From Octopus vulgaris (Eukaryota), in assembly GCA_951406725.2 (NCBI GenBank), contig OX597815.1, forward strand, positions 112,344,001-112,408,000: a DNA stretch of 64,000 bases, written 5' to 3'. A program made the translations under genes and the position numbers. Position 1 is the first letter of the stretch. Each line of letters opens with the position of its first letter. The notes beneath the pieces were generated by a model, which worked only from the letters and a program-made list of their open reading frames with translations, was not told the DNA's origin and ran no database searches. Below are positions 1 to 12,620 of this stretch, in pieces.

Positions 1-45
1 GTAGACACGCATATGCTCACATGCATATATACGTATGCATGTATG

Positions 46-92
<47 letters not shown>

Positions 93-128
93 CATACATG
101 CATACGTATATATATATATATATATATA
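1..128. repeat. (AT)n / (ATAC) microsatellite cluster
   Basis: Visible dinucleotide runs. Confidence 0.95.
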
Positions 129-828
129 AGTAAGGAAAATTTTTTTTAAAAATGCAGAATGCTCAAATGAAAGAAAATTTAACGGATTTTTGTCAGTGAA
201 CAGGTCGCGGTCTTATAGCGACGAAAATATTTTGACAAATTAAACTTAAATGTTGAAGTGAATCGAACGGCTTTTGTGTGTTTCTTGAATGGCTTACAAA
301 CACGCTGCAATTGTTTTCGTTCCAGCACACGATCTCAGATCAAATCACTTGCTATACAAGTACATCTCCGTAATATATATATATTATATATATTAATATA
401 TATTAATATATATATTTAATATCCGAATATATATATATATATATATTCAGATATTAGATATTTCGTTACCATAAATAATAGATAATAGGCAGCAAGTGTT
501 TTTTATACTTAAATGCTTATTCATTGACAGGCTTATCACATATTCAGCGCTCACTCTATATAAGATTTTGCCATATGCAGCCAATATTACAACATAACAA
601 TATACTTAGGTGTAAACATCAACTGTATATATGATGAATTATTCACAATAATGCAGACATTGTTCTGTATCTCAGTTACACTGGTACAATTCTACTTAAT
701 GTTGCGAACTGTCTTTTTCAATACCATAATTATATACTGTATATCTTTGACAGCGTAATCCTTCATGAATGCAACAAACTTCATAATCACGCTCACAGCA
801 TTCAATTTAACAGCTAAACAGTTTATAC

Positions 829-943
829 GTGTTTGTGTTTGTGTGTCTGAGTGTGTCCTATGTGCGTGCATGTGTGCGTGTGTGCATATGTGTGTATGCG
901 TGTGTGTGTGTGTATGTGTTTGTGTGTTTGTGTGTTTGTGTGT

Positions 944-996
<53 letters not shown>

Positions 997-1025
997 TGTG
1001 TGTGTGTGTGTTTGCGTGTATGTGC
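829..1025. repeat. Imperfect (TG)n microsatellite
   Basis: Visible; source of the spurious CV/HT ORFs. Confidence 0.95.
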
Positions 1026-1438
1026 ACGTCATGAATACAGGTCCTTTTTCGAAAGGACAATGAATAGCCATCCGTTCCCATGCATTTGAATTTAAATAAT
1101 GAGTCAAAGATTTATTTTCTCACCCTTTGTATGAAAAGCATCACAACTTGTCAGGAATTGTATTCTTATTTGCTTTTCGGTCCTCATATCCGTGCTGCTT
1201 TGTTTAGTCTTATGTGTCTACTTATAGTGATTTGAAATGTATAAAGGAAACTGAATTTTCTTGCTAATTATTACAACACCCTGTAACCGAGAAGATTGTG
1301 ACCCATTAACATGTCAGCAGGCGGTTAGATTCTGTATTGATTCAACTAATAATAGGTACGTTGTGCCGAAAAAACACATTCATCCATTTGAGAAAGACGA
1401 AATTCTTGATTTATGTGTTTTGCTTGTGTGTGTGAAAG

Positions 1439-1480
<42 letters not shown>

Positions 1481-1704
1481 CGCGTGTGTGTGCAGCTGTA
1501 TGCAATAAACTTCGAAGTCAAGGTCACTCTTTTCCTCGAAAAGTATATCTATTTCGACAACTAAAATGTATTGAGTACTGCCTCAGATTAACGTGAGATT
1601 TCTCATAAAAACAAACATTGATACCCTCCACGCATGCACATATATATTTGTATGTGTATGTATACACACACACACACATATATGTATGCATGCATGTATG
1701 TAAA

Positions 1705-2465
1705 AAAGAATTATATATAACAAGGGCGCTTCTTTTTAAATGACAACAGCTTTGCTAAATATAGGAGTAAAAACACTCCAAAGCCACAAAATTAACATTT
1801 TATTTACACTAGTGTGGGTGCAAAAACATTAAAGTGAAATAAGGATTGCGTTTTACCTCTGTATTTTTTGAGAGGTAAGACGCAATCCTTATTTCACTTA
1901 ATTTTTTCCATCCATGCACGTGCAAATATAATGTTAACTTTTCAGGCTTGGGAGTGTTTTAACTCCTCTATTTAGCAAAGCTAGTGTGTTTTCAAAATAA
2001 AGTGCCTTTGTTATATTTGATATTCTTTTAAAGATATATATCTATTAATTTTGCCTATACGGCGTTATATTGCAGCCACTAACATTAATATCTCTCATGA
2101 GTTTTAACGTTATTTATTTTTATAGATTTGTATTCACTTAATTTCATTTTTTTTTTCAGTGCGGCTAGGGCACTGAAACGAACTCAGACATTAGCTGAAG
2201 TGATAAATAAGTGTTTGTGTAATAGTAAATTTGACTTAAGAGAATAGAGTGTGTTATTGGTGCTAAAATGGAAATCATGATATCAAGTTAACTAGCATTC
2301 CTTCTTCCATTTTTGCAGAGGTAAGACGCAATCCTTATTTCACTTAATGTTTTACCAACCATGCACGTGTAAATATGTTTAATTTTCTGGCTTGGGGGTG
2401 TTTTAACTCCTATATTTAGCAAAGCCAGTGTCTTTAAAAGAAGCGCCCTAGTTATATATAATTCA
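1705..2465. repeat. ~160-bp unit present three times: inverted pair 1705-1862/1870-2030 plus a direct copy at 2316-2465 (Penelope pLTR-like geometry)
   Basis: aagtgaaataaggattgcgt..tacctct vs agaggtaagacgcaatccttatttcactt; ttgctaaatataggagt vs actcctatatttagcaa. Confidence 0.8.
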
Positions 2466-2532
2466 TACATACATACATACATACATACATACATACATAC
2501 ATACATACTTACATACATACATATATACATAT

Positions 2533-2605
<73 letters not shown>

Positions 2606-2756
2606 TTGGCCTGCTCGCTTAGCCACCGGGGTGATGTCATTTGAAGGTTAAACAATGCGAAACACATTGTGACCAGCGATATGTAGCAATATCTGATAGC
2701 CTGGTCGGTCATGTGATCATGTGATCATGTGATATATATATATATATATATATATA
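2465..2756. repeat. (ATAC)n/(AT)n microsatellites enclosing a ~125-bp interspersed-repeat fragment (2608-2733) that ends in (CATGTGAT)3
   Basis: Visible repeats; GC-richer insert with a short tandem tail typical of SINE/LINE 3' ends. Confidence 0.6.
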
Positions 2757-3387
2757 AAATCACGTCTCTACTATAGCATTTAGCATGTTCTGCCTATGCT
2801 AACGCTCTTCCTTCAGATTAGGGTTTATGTTTATATCTCGGAAAATGTTACATTTCTCCCATTGTGGTAGAAGAGATTGATGGAGGATATTTTGGGGGTT
2901 TGCAGGTTTTGCAGCCAGCTGTTAGGCTATATTGAATTCTAAATATAAGTAAATACTATGAAACTGGAATAGTGTAGAAAAAATTGTGGTAAATTTAAGT
3001 CGATTTAATCGTCTCAAACAAATCTTAATAAAATTTATTTTTCCACCCACAAAGAAACCGGGGAGAATATCTTTGGAGTAAAAATAAGTAAAGACATGTA
3101 AAAAGCTGAGTAGACCCGTGATGAGCTCGCTCCTAGGGTAAGCCAAACCTGGCGCATTTCTGCATGGCTTTCTACAGTATTCTTCTTAATTCAAAATTCT
3201 AGAAAAGGATCTGGTATGTATTGACCTCATACAGGCTTATGCATGGTGCAATCTGTACTTTTCTCTTCACCCTATATTTCACAGGAAACAGGACGAATTA
3301 AGGACTAAGAATATGACCTGGATTCATGAAAGTTTGAGCAACATATTTTTCACGTCTTGCATTTTACCAGTTCCTTCAATAAATATT

Positions 3388-3518
3388 TGTTTCAAATTTT
3401 TGCACGAGGTCAGCCATTTCGGGGGAGGGAATAAGTTTATTATATGGACCCCAGAACTCAACCAGTACTTATTTTAATGACTTGAAAAAAAAAAGAAAAG
3501 CAAAATCGACTTCGGTGG
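3388..3518 (-). mobile_element. Meta-type SINE, 3' fragment
   Basis: Reverse complement resembles the 8379-8600 copy (ccgaagtcgattttgc...aaaataagtactgg...gtgcaaaaatttgaaac). Confidence 0.65.
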
Positions 3519-3779
3519 TCCCTCACTACATATTAAGACGTAGATTTGAGCAATATAAATTATGTCTTTTCTCAACTCCTTTGTAAACTTAGCACCGACA
3601 CAATTAATGGACTTATCGTCGTAGTCAGCAATGGCTCATTTCTGAGTGTTTAGTACATTTCATTTCAAAGTGGCGGTGGCGTCTTTTGTACTATTACGGA
3701 TGATGGCCTTTCTGATGGCTAATATACCCAATTATTGCTCGCACTGGATTGTAGGTGCTGGTTGCTGTTGGTTTGTTTG

Positions 3780-4950
3780 TTTCATTTTGATATCCGTTCT
3801 TCGGTTTTCTTCAAAATGAGATATTTCTGCTTCGGTCAAATTACGTCAAACAGTGCGTTGATTGACAGTCATTTCCCATGAATGTTGGCTTATAGCAGTA
3901 CTCTTTAGAGTTTCCTCCAAAGCAATTGATCCTTGTAGCTTCTCAGGGGACGTCCCCGAGGGTGTCTCCAATTATTCAGTTTCCCAAATAGGAATATCTT
4001 TGGAAGCCTGTTTTTCCCCTTGTGACACACGCGGCCTGTCCATCTGAGGTGGAGCATCATGACTGTGGCTGCCATGCTCATTTGTATCACTTTGGTTTGA
4101 ACGTCAATGTTGGTAACATAGTCTTCCCTTTCCATGTTCAAGACAGACCGGAGTTTCTTTTGATGGAATTTTTCAAGCTTTTTCAATTCATGATGGTACA
4201 GTGTTTACGTCTCATTCCTATGCAGCCGAGTAGACAAAACTATGACAATGTACACCACCATTTTGGTTTGCATAGTAAGACTACTACGTCTAAAGACTCT
4301 GATGGAGAATTTCTTAAAAGCAGAATGTGCTGCTTGGTCCTGTTTTCTACACCTTTTGTTGATGTACAGTGGACAGACAGGATGCTACGAAGATAAGGGA
4401 AACTTTTGTACATTCAGTGGTGCTTCCGCTGATAGTGATGTTAAATTTTTTCGAGTTATATCCAGGTGATGGTTGTACACTAACTTCGGTTTTGCCTTTG
4501 TTAACTGTTAGGCCACTTTGGGAATATGTCATGCAGAAATTGTCGACAGATTGTTGCATAGCCTCAATTTGACGGACAGGAACAAGTTTTTTTCTGCATA
4601 CTGCATTTCATTTACATTTGATGGTGTTAGTTTGACAGTGACAGCAGAGTCTTAAGAGATCAGACAGCCCTCCATCAAAGCGGTACCTGATTTCTACGCC
4701 TAGGTTGTTATGGGAAACTTCATGAAGCATGGTAACAAAGTAAAGTGGGAAGTGCGTGCGTGCTCGTTAGGAGAGACTGTGCATGTTCAGACCACGCATG
4801 GTTGGGAATTCTTCTGAGGTGTTAGTTTTGTGGATAACACGTGCCATCATGCTTTCATTCATTCCTCCAATCATTGCAACAAAGGATCTAAACATTTCCA
4901 CAATACCTAAGAAATGTTCCACATTACTCCACTCAAATCTAGATGTCTAT
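3780..4950 (-). mobile_element. RTE (BovB-like) LINE, decayed RT and C-terminal region
   Basis: KKLEKFHQKKLRSVL..LRWTGRV..RLPKIFLFGKL..RGRP..YKD; MQQSVDNF..GLTVNKGKTEV; many stops and frameshifts. Confidence 0.85.
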
Positions 4951-4959
4951 TACACTCGC

Positions 4960-5315
4960 CTACTATGAATTTTATGCACCACGTAAAAGCTGCAGGCCGA
5001 GGGAAAATTCCTGCTGTGCTCCTGCTACACGGTAGACCCACCTACACTCATGGGTCCCATGAATATGGGAAGCCAAGGACGTCCCAAATGAACTAAAAGA
5101 TGGACAAATTGTCACAATATTTAAGAAATGCGATTGCAACATATGTGGCGATTATCATGGCATGTCCTTACTTTCCATCAATTCTAGCCAAGATAATCCT
5201 AAACAGAGTGAAAACTTTGCAGATGGCATCCTGCCAGAATCCCAGTGTGATTTGCGTTCAGTAAACGGAACAATTTATCTGATCCTCCCTTCCCATCACC
5301 TACAGACAAATAGAA
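4960..5315 (+). mobile_element. RTE LINE RT N-terminal fragment, inverted relative to the adjacent copy
   Basis: KAAGRGKIPAVLL; CGDYHGMSLLSI; ILAKIILNR; GILPESQCDLR. Confidence 0.75.
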
Positions 5316-6069
5316 AAATCCAACTCTGAATGAGATAAATCTATTTTTTTGCGAGAGCCAAAATAGATTGGCATGATAACAGTTACGTGGTCATATAAAT
5401 CTACATGTCTAATAGACAATCAGTTAATGATTAACACCTCATTTAACATTCAAACTCTTTACGCACACTAATTTCCCCAAAATTTGACTTATTCATCTGA
5501 CATTTTTGATTGATAATTTACTGAGCATCATTATACTCACAACTTCAAAAATAAATTCGTTTAATAATTAAGCATGTTGTAATTATGTTTAACACTTTTA
5601 TAGCTCGGTCGATTTTCTTTTATTTTTTGTGACTCTCTTTCCAATTATTCGATTGTTTAGAGAAAGAGAGAGACAGACAGACAGACAGAAACAAAGAAAA
5701 AAAGAAAGCAACTGAATAAATATTGGGTGCCTGTGTATATATTTGTGTAGATATGTGTGAGAGTGTTTCCGAAAAAAATGACGAGATACATATATGTATG
5801 TATTTGTGCTTCTACATAAATGTGAGAGCGTATCTTTGTGTGTCTAATTTCCATGTAGTGAAAAGCAGTAATAGAGAATGAAATATAGATTAATACACAA
5901 AGATCAGATACGTGTGAGTAGTTATAACTTTATGTATTAATGGCTAGCAAAATCGCAGGGGTTATCTTTATGTTATTATGTGTGTGTGCTTTTATCAACT
6001 ATATGTGAATTTGTGTATACGTATAAAGAATGGAAGGTGTTAACAAAGAAAAATGTTCAAAATAAAAAA

Positions 6070-6700
6070 GAATATACTCGTTCTCACATGCTGTTAATCA
6101 AAATGGCTGGCGTGTGGCCAACTTTAGCGTCAATAATTGAATATGTTTATCTCAATGTATCCACACTTCGGTCACATATATTATCAATGGTTGATAGTTA
6201 ATGAGGATTTTACAATGTGGTGTCTGCATAAATGTAGAACCAATCATCAAAGGCATGTGGAGCATGAATGCCGGCTTAGAATGGTCAATATTCTTGGTCT
6301 ACATTTACCAGAACCATCAGCGCTTGTGTTCTACATTTTCCAGTCCCTCCAAATGAAAACAAAAAAGGGTCTGAAACAGAAATTTAACCTTAATTAAAGT
6401 TCTCTAATTTAACAGTCAAACCAATGATTGTTACCCGAGACGATAATCTATACTGAAAGGCTTACTGGAAGCCTAAACAAATGTTCCAAGGGAAACCGCT
6501 ACAAACTGTCTATGTTCCTAAATAAAGGAGACTAACTGAGACCCTATTTTCACTGCATAATAGCAACCCTGTAACACCAGCATATACGGAGTATGGTGCA
6601 ATACTGTTTATTGTGACCTGATATAAAGTTCCCTATATCATCTAGTTAAGTTTAAACCTGTATTAACTTGATATGCTATATCAAGAATCTAACAGACACT
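6070..6700 (+). pseudogene. Putative decayed tandem sushi/CCP-domain exon
   Basis: Frame-broken peptides LTC..NQNGW..IC..QC..IING..EDFT..HKC..HEC..NGQYS and NKCSKG..NKGD*LRPYFHC..TPAYTEYG fit CCP Cys/Gly/Trp spacing; by eye only. Confidence 0.4.
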
Positions 6701-6917
6701 CGATATTGACTGCCTTATTGAAACCAATAACAAATTTCTTGATATGATCTTCTGTGCTTGTCAACTATAGACATGGAGAAAAATCTAGCTCTGAATCAGA
6801 TAAATCGGTAAAAATTCTGCGAGAACTAAAGTAGATTGACGAAACGATAATTACATGGTCTTCTAGATCGACACGCCTAATAGACAATCAGTTAATGATT
6901 ATTATTATTATTATTAT

Positions 6918-7415
6918 TGAGTGAGAGAGCAGTGCATGCCATCAACGTGACACTGGGATAAAATATACGAAGCCCAGTATACCCATCATGACTACCCGTC
7001 TGATAAGGGTACACCAGGCACATGCATCACAACCATATGTGCGCGACATGGTGATCTCATATCAAGATAAACAGCACATGACCTTGCAGGTGGGGCCCAG
7101 TTAGAATTTTCTTCAGGTTGAGTAGCCCATCTCGCTCAAAAGGTCCCTGAATAAGGGTTGTTTAAGGATGTTGAAAGAACCACCCATGTTTCCAGAGGTG
7201 AACTATTCAAACCCCAAAGAATCCCTCTCAACACATGGCTATGATGCTCCCCCACTACTTCTGCTCGTGATCAGAGATGCACATATCGTCAGCCACTAAG
7301 GGACATGCTCAACTGGTTAAAGTCAAACAACTGACAAGCAAATCTGTGGTATTGAGCAGAATATTTGCTGTAGCCCATCTTTTATACCAAGACAAAACAA
7401 TGTACATGATAACAC

Positions 7416-7416
<1 letters not shown>
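6918..7416 (-). mobile_element. ~500-bp non-coding interspersed element with (AAT)n tail, embedded in (TAT)n
   Basis: Near-colinear reverse complement of 49704-50172; both end ...ctctctcactc(aat)n. Confidence 0.85.

Positions 7417-7513
<97 letters not shown>
7416..7513. repeat. (TAT)n-(TAC)n microsatellite
   Basis: Visible. Confidence 0.95.
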
Positions 7514-7599
7514 TAGCCGTTGCACAGTATGAAAATTGTAGTGTTCCATTATTATTGTTGTTGTTGTTATTACTATTATTATTTTTATTATTATAATTA

Positions 7600-7945
7600 T
7601 TGTATTAAAACTCAGTTTATATTGCTGGGTATGATGGAAAGTGTCAGCTATCCACAGCCAGCAAACTAAGGTGTCACTTATTTTACTATTCATGCTTCAA
7701 GAACTCTGCGACGAATTATTGTAATTCCATGCAATGATGATTTTTGTAGGTGTTCACTTGTACCAATCATTTTCAGCCATGTCGGTAGTTGTTAAGTGCA
7801 CAAGTGCTCCAATTACTATTGCTATCACGCCCACCCTTTTCATTGACCACAACCTTCGTGTTTTCTACTTTAAATCGTCGTAGTTGTTTATTTCTTCTTC
7901 TTTCGCATTGATCTCGTTGTCAGCGGGGCATGCTATGTCGATTTT
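7600..7945 (-). mobile_element. R4/Dong-clade LINE 3' end (RLE domain tail + UTR)
   Basis: IDIACPADNEI..YDDLK..LWSMKRVGVIAIVIGALVHL; same UTR family as 8620-8700. Confidence 0.8.
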
Positions 7946-7959
7946 TATTACTGTTGTTA

Positions 7960-8013
<54 letters not shown>

Positions 8014-8018
8014 TTATT

Positions 8019-8230
8019 CAGTAGTTTTATTTTTATAGCGTGCTTTCACTCCACTACCGAGCGCAGCTCTGTGTGCCTTGGGTATGTGCTGTGATTTGTT
8101 GTGATGCTCTGATGGTTATTGTATGGAAAGTGTTCTGCGTAGGATGTGTGCAGTGCCTAGTAGTGCAATATTCTGTATGTTATATGTGTTTGTAAGTCCT
8201 GGTGTTAGTCCTGGTGTAAGTCCTGGTGTT
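8019..8230 (-). mobile_element. Young R4/Dong LINE 3' end in (AAT)n
   Basis: IQNIALLGTAHILRRTLSIQ* + UTR nearly identical to the copies at 14793, 21701 and 49376. Confidence 0.9.
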
Positions 8231-8242
8231 ATTATTATTATA

Positions 8243-8313
<71 letters not shown>

Positions 8314-8315
8314 CA

Positions 8316-8377
<62 letters not shown>

Positions 8378-8378
8378 T

Positions 8379-8600
8379 AGACAGCGATCTGGCAGGATCG
8401 TTCGAATGCTGAACAAAATGCTTAACGGCATCTCGTCTGTCTTTTCGTTCTGAGTTCAAATTCCGCCGAGGTCGACTTTGCCTTTCATCCTTTAGGCGTC
8501 GATAAAATAAGTACCTGTTGAACCCTGGAGTCGAAGTTATCGTTTCACTGCCCCCACCCCCACGAAATCGCTAGCCTTGTGCCAAAATTTGAAATCATTA
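8379..8600 (+). mobile_element. tRNA-derived Meta-type SINE, near full length
   Basis: A-box-like tggcaggatcg, B-box gagttcaaattcc, Meta-like core gcctttcatcc..gtcgataaaataagtacc. Confidence 0.8.
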
Positions 8601-8619
8601 TCATTTTTGATATTATTAC

Positions 8620-10553
8620 TTGATGAAAACCATCAGCTTATTTACCTGGGTATGACGGAAAGTCTCAGCTGTTCGCAGCCAGCAGACTAAGGTGACACAT
8701 GGTTACTTGCAGTTACAAGTAATGCAGATTTTTTAAAATGTTCGATCTTTACATTTGTACCAATCTTTTTGAGCCATGTTGGCAGTTGAGTTCTGATACA
8801 TCCAAGTGCGCCAATTACTATTGGTATCATGTCTACTTTCCCTATTCACCACAACCTTCGTATTTCTCACTTCAAATCGCCACCATTGCTCAGCTTTTCT
8901 TCTTTCTCTTTGATCTTCCCGTCATTTTATGTTGATTATAATGCAAGTTCTTTGTTTTTTTCACCACACAATGCACAGTTTCCGATGTCTGCTCAGTTGT
9001 TCGCACTGAATCATTGCATCCCACAGTATTTTGCAATTTTCATTCTCGTTGGCTCCTTCTGATGTTTACTTATATCACATCTTGGCTCTTTGTAGACCGT
9101 GATGTCCACAGAGCTCCCAATGGATCATTGTTGCTACATTGTCATGTCATGTCATCTTTTCTAAAAGCGTAGTGCTAATTTCGGACATTCATTTATGATG
9201 TGCCTTACCCTGTCCCCCCTCTCGCCACATATTCTGCATTTGTCACTGTCGGTATTGTTGTCGATTATGCACTTCACATAGTTCGTCCTTAACGCTTGTT
9301 CTTGTGTTGCATAGTCCCTCCGTCTCTATCTTGTGGTCACTCCTTTTCATTCATAGCCACCGGTCTTCTCTATCTGTCTTGGCGTTCGAAACTCTTGCAA
9401 ATTGACCGTACATATTTTTCTCTTTCCTTGCTGTTTCTGCTATTTTTTTCTGTGTTCTTTCCTTCATTAAGTTTTTCTTTCTTTACACAATTATCAATTT
9501 TGATGATGCCAGACGTCTTCACATATTTCAACAATGGTTCCACGATATTTTTCCCGTACCGCCCTAAGTTACTTTCCTTTGCTTTCATACAATCCTTGCA
9601 ACTGATCAAACCTCTCACACCCTTCCTTCTGGACAAGTACAGCCAATCGGTGTCACTCTTAGGGTGGAAGGATCCGGGCACTGTCAATATTTTTCTAGTT
9701 TCCGTCTCCATGTTCATCAGTTCTTTCTTTTGCCAGTTTATGATTCCAGCTCCATATCGAACTGATGCTATCGCTCATGTATTAACTGTTTGGATTTTAT
9801 TCCATCCTATCAATTTTGAGCGCAACGCCGATCGTAGTCTACAAAAAATATTCCATCCTGAGTTGCTTTTTATTTCCTTCTCCATGATTTTGTTGAACTC
9901 TAGTATGCCCAGGTATTTGTAGCTTTACTTTTTACTTTAATATGTTATCTATTGGGTAATTCTATCCCTACTACGGACTGTTCCTTACAACTTTTCAGAT
10001 ATATTATACCACACTTCTTGAGTTCGAATTCCATTCTAATATCAGCACTAAGACATTGGACCGTGTTCATGAAAGAACTCCTTCGTCCCTAATCCTTGCC
10101 ATACAGCTTCAAATCATCCATGAAGAGAAGGTGGTTGATTGTTTGAAATGTTCCCTTTCGTTGATATCCCAGGTTCATTTTCCTAATCGCCAACGTCAGA
10201 GAGATCGTGCAAAAGACAAAAACCAATATGGATAAGCTACTGCCTTGGAAAATCCCTCCTCTGATGCCCAGGGTGCCTAAACTTTGCCCGTAGGATGTCT
10301 TCAGTTTTCTACTCTAACATACTTCTCTTCAGAAAACACGTTACATTTCTTGCAATTCCAAACAAATCTAAGCACCATATGATCCACGAATATGGAATCG
10401 TATCATAAGCTTTGTGATAATCAATCCAGGTCACTCCCACATTTGTCCTCCTTCGTTTACAACCTTGCATTACCGATTTCTTTATCGATAATTGGTCTTT
10501 GGTACCTCTGCATCTCCTCCTACAAGATTTTTATTCCATTGGTAACACATCGT
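8620..10553 (-). mobile_element. R4/Dong LINE, 5'-truncated and decayed (RT + CCHC + RLE)
   Basis: [16 protein letters not shown]; RGIFQG; INHLLFMDDLKLY; HPKSDTDWLYLSRRKGVRGL; CRICGERGDRVRHIINECP; flanked by AAT tracts. Confidence 0.9.
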
Positions 10554-10557
10554 TGTA

Positions 10558-10615
<58 letters not shown>

Positions 10616-10619
10616 CCAC

Positions 10620-10655
<36 letters not shown>

Positions 10656-10769
10656 TATCATCATCATCATCTTCATAATAATAATAATAATAATAATAAT
10701 AAACAACATTATTATCTTTATTATTGGACTCCGCTCGTTAGCTGTAAGTTTTTGTGCAAGATTTAGGGA

Positions 10770-12620
10770 TAATATTGGTGTATCCGCAAATTGTTTACGA
10801 AATTTCTGTGATCAGGCCGACTGGACTGTTGCTGAGCAGAGCCTTATGCGGGGATTTTCCTCTTTTGCGGCAAATTTTCAATTTAAAATTCCATTCTTTT
10901 CATTTTTCGATTTTAAAATTTGTAAAAATGTCCTTGGAGAAGCGCGTCAGCTCTTCCTTTCTTTCTGACAGACACCCTTCGTTGTTGGAAGACAGCCATA
11001 GAAGTTTTAAAATGAATTATCTCCGCCCACGCTGCGCCTTAAAAGGCAAAGAGAGGGACGCCCCAAAGTCATGCTAGTACGTGCAACGCTGAGCTACAGA
11101 AGGAAAAAGAGTTATATAAACACTAGAAAGAAGAGGAAAAGAGCAAGGAATTTCAGGTAAAGGAGGCTGCTCGGGTCGCAACACCTGTTAATACAAGCCC
11201 TCCCACTACCACCACTGTCACTGACACATTGAACACTCAAACAACAACAACAACAATCCAATGTATTACACAGCCAATGTTTTGCTTCAACAGGAAAACC
11301 AAGAAATGAATTTATAAATGTTCCTGTAGAATCACACAACAAGTACGGAAATATTTTAAAACGAAAAAGCGAAAGATATGTTTCAATAAACGCACCAGCA
11401 GATATGATAGAGAAAACAAACAAACGCATCATAGAATACAAAACTATATCATTAAAATAACAAACATATAGAAACTGCCACAAAGCAAGCAGTTGAAAAA
11501 TGCTTACAACCCATATGGAAAGACAAAACTTATCTGGCGAGGTGTAAGAAATATGGCACAATTTAAGTTAGATTTGCTACAAAAGACGTAGCAAAACCGC
11601 TTAACAGCCCAGCTGAGAAACAGTGAACTTGTCCTAGTTCCAACATACGGCATGTTGCCAAGATAAAAATACTGGAGATACCACCAGCAATGAACTTTTG
11701 CTGGATTGTCGCCGACGTCCTTCACGACTTGGAAGATAAAATCAGAATCATCCAAGTCGAGGAACAAGAAAAAAACAATTGGACAGGTCAGGAATTGCAA
11801 ATAATTATTCAAATAAGCCAAGACGTTTTGGAACAAATTCCTGACTCAGCCTTCCATATCGCACTATGCTAAACGTCACAGTTGAGGACAGAATGCCAAG
11901 ATATATATTCAATGTGGACAGAATAACCATCTGAAAGCCTTCTGCCCACAACTAAAACAGAAGGCGAGCAATACCTCCTGGATACGAATACTACCCACAC
12001 CAGTACAACTGAAGCAATCTCCAGCTACAGATGCAACCGCGACAACACAAGCAATCCCCAAAAGAGAAGAAAACCGAAGGAAAGAAAGCAGAGACGGCTT
12101 TAGCAAAAACACTACCAACAACAACTACACGAGAGACAACAACTCCAACAACAACTACACGAGAGACAACAACTCCAACAACAACTACACGAGAGACAAC
12201 AACTCCAACAACAACAGAGGCGCTAACCACAACCACCAACACAGCGCCTAAAAAACAATAACACAGCTTTTGTCAGAGGAACAAATGACCTCATCAAATT
12301 TCGACCTACTGGAACTACCCCTTTCCGTCAAAGACATCTCAGACATGTCGTACGGAGAGGCCGACAGAACTGAGTGGACAGAAGTCACACATAAAAGACA
12401 TAAAAGAAAAAAAGCACAACAGTACTCCAAACAAATAAACATGCAGTAACCAAAATAGCAATGAAAATCACCTGAAAACAGAAACACACCAACACCCATG
12501 CTTCCAATACCACCACTACAAAAGACACAGACACAGCCAACAGTACAAGGGACAACAGGGTCAACACAAAAATTAAACGAAGATAACAAAAACATCACAA
12601 ATCTCCTCGCGACAAAACAC
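10770..12620 (+). mobile_element. Decayed Tx1-clade 5' UTR + ORF1 (no ORF2)
   Basis: KIKILEIPPAMNFCWIVADVL..KIRIIQV..W.GQEL..VTVEDRMPRYIQCGQNNHLKAFCP aligns by eye with ORF1 at 15690. Confidence 0.75.
12118..12215 (+). repeat. 30-bp tandem repeat x3 (TTTTRETTTP)
   Basis: acaacaactacacgagagacaacaactcca repeated. Confidence 0.95.

Noticed and set aside
140-372. Possible DNA transposon or MITE end
   Set aside because: Looks like an interspersed repeat between (AT) tracts, but no partner TIR or second copy is present in the window
692-1107. ORFs with HT/CV dipeptide runs (also the IY, YLSI, poly-I/N/L/Y ORFs throughout)
   Set aside because: Translations of microsatellites with no coding signal
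12031-12261. Mucin-like Thr-rich protein
   Set aside because: A 30-bp tandem repeat inside a decayed Tx1 ORF1 tail
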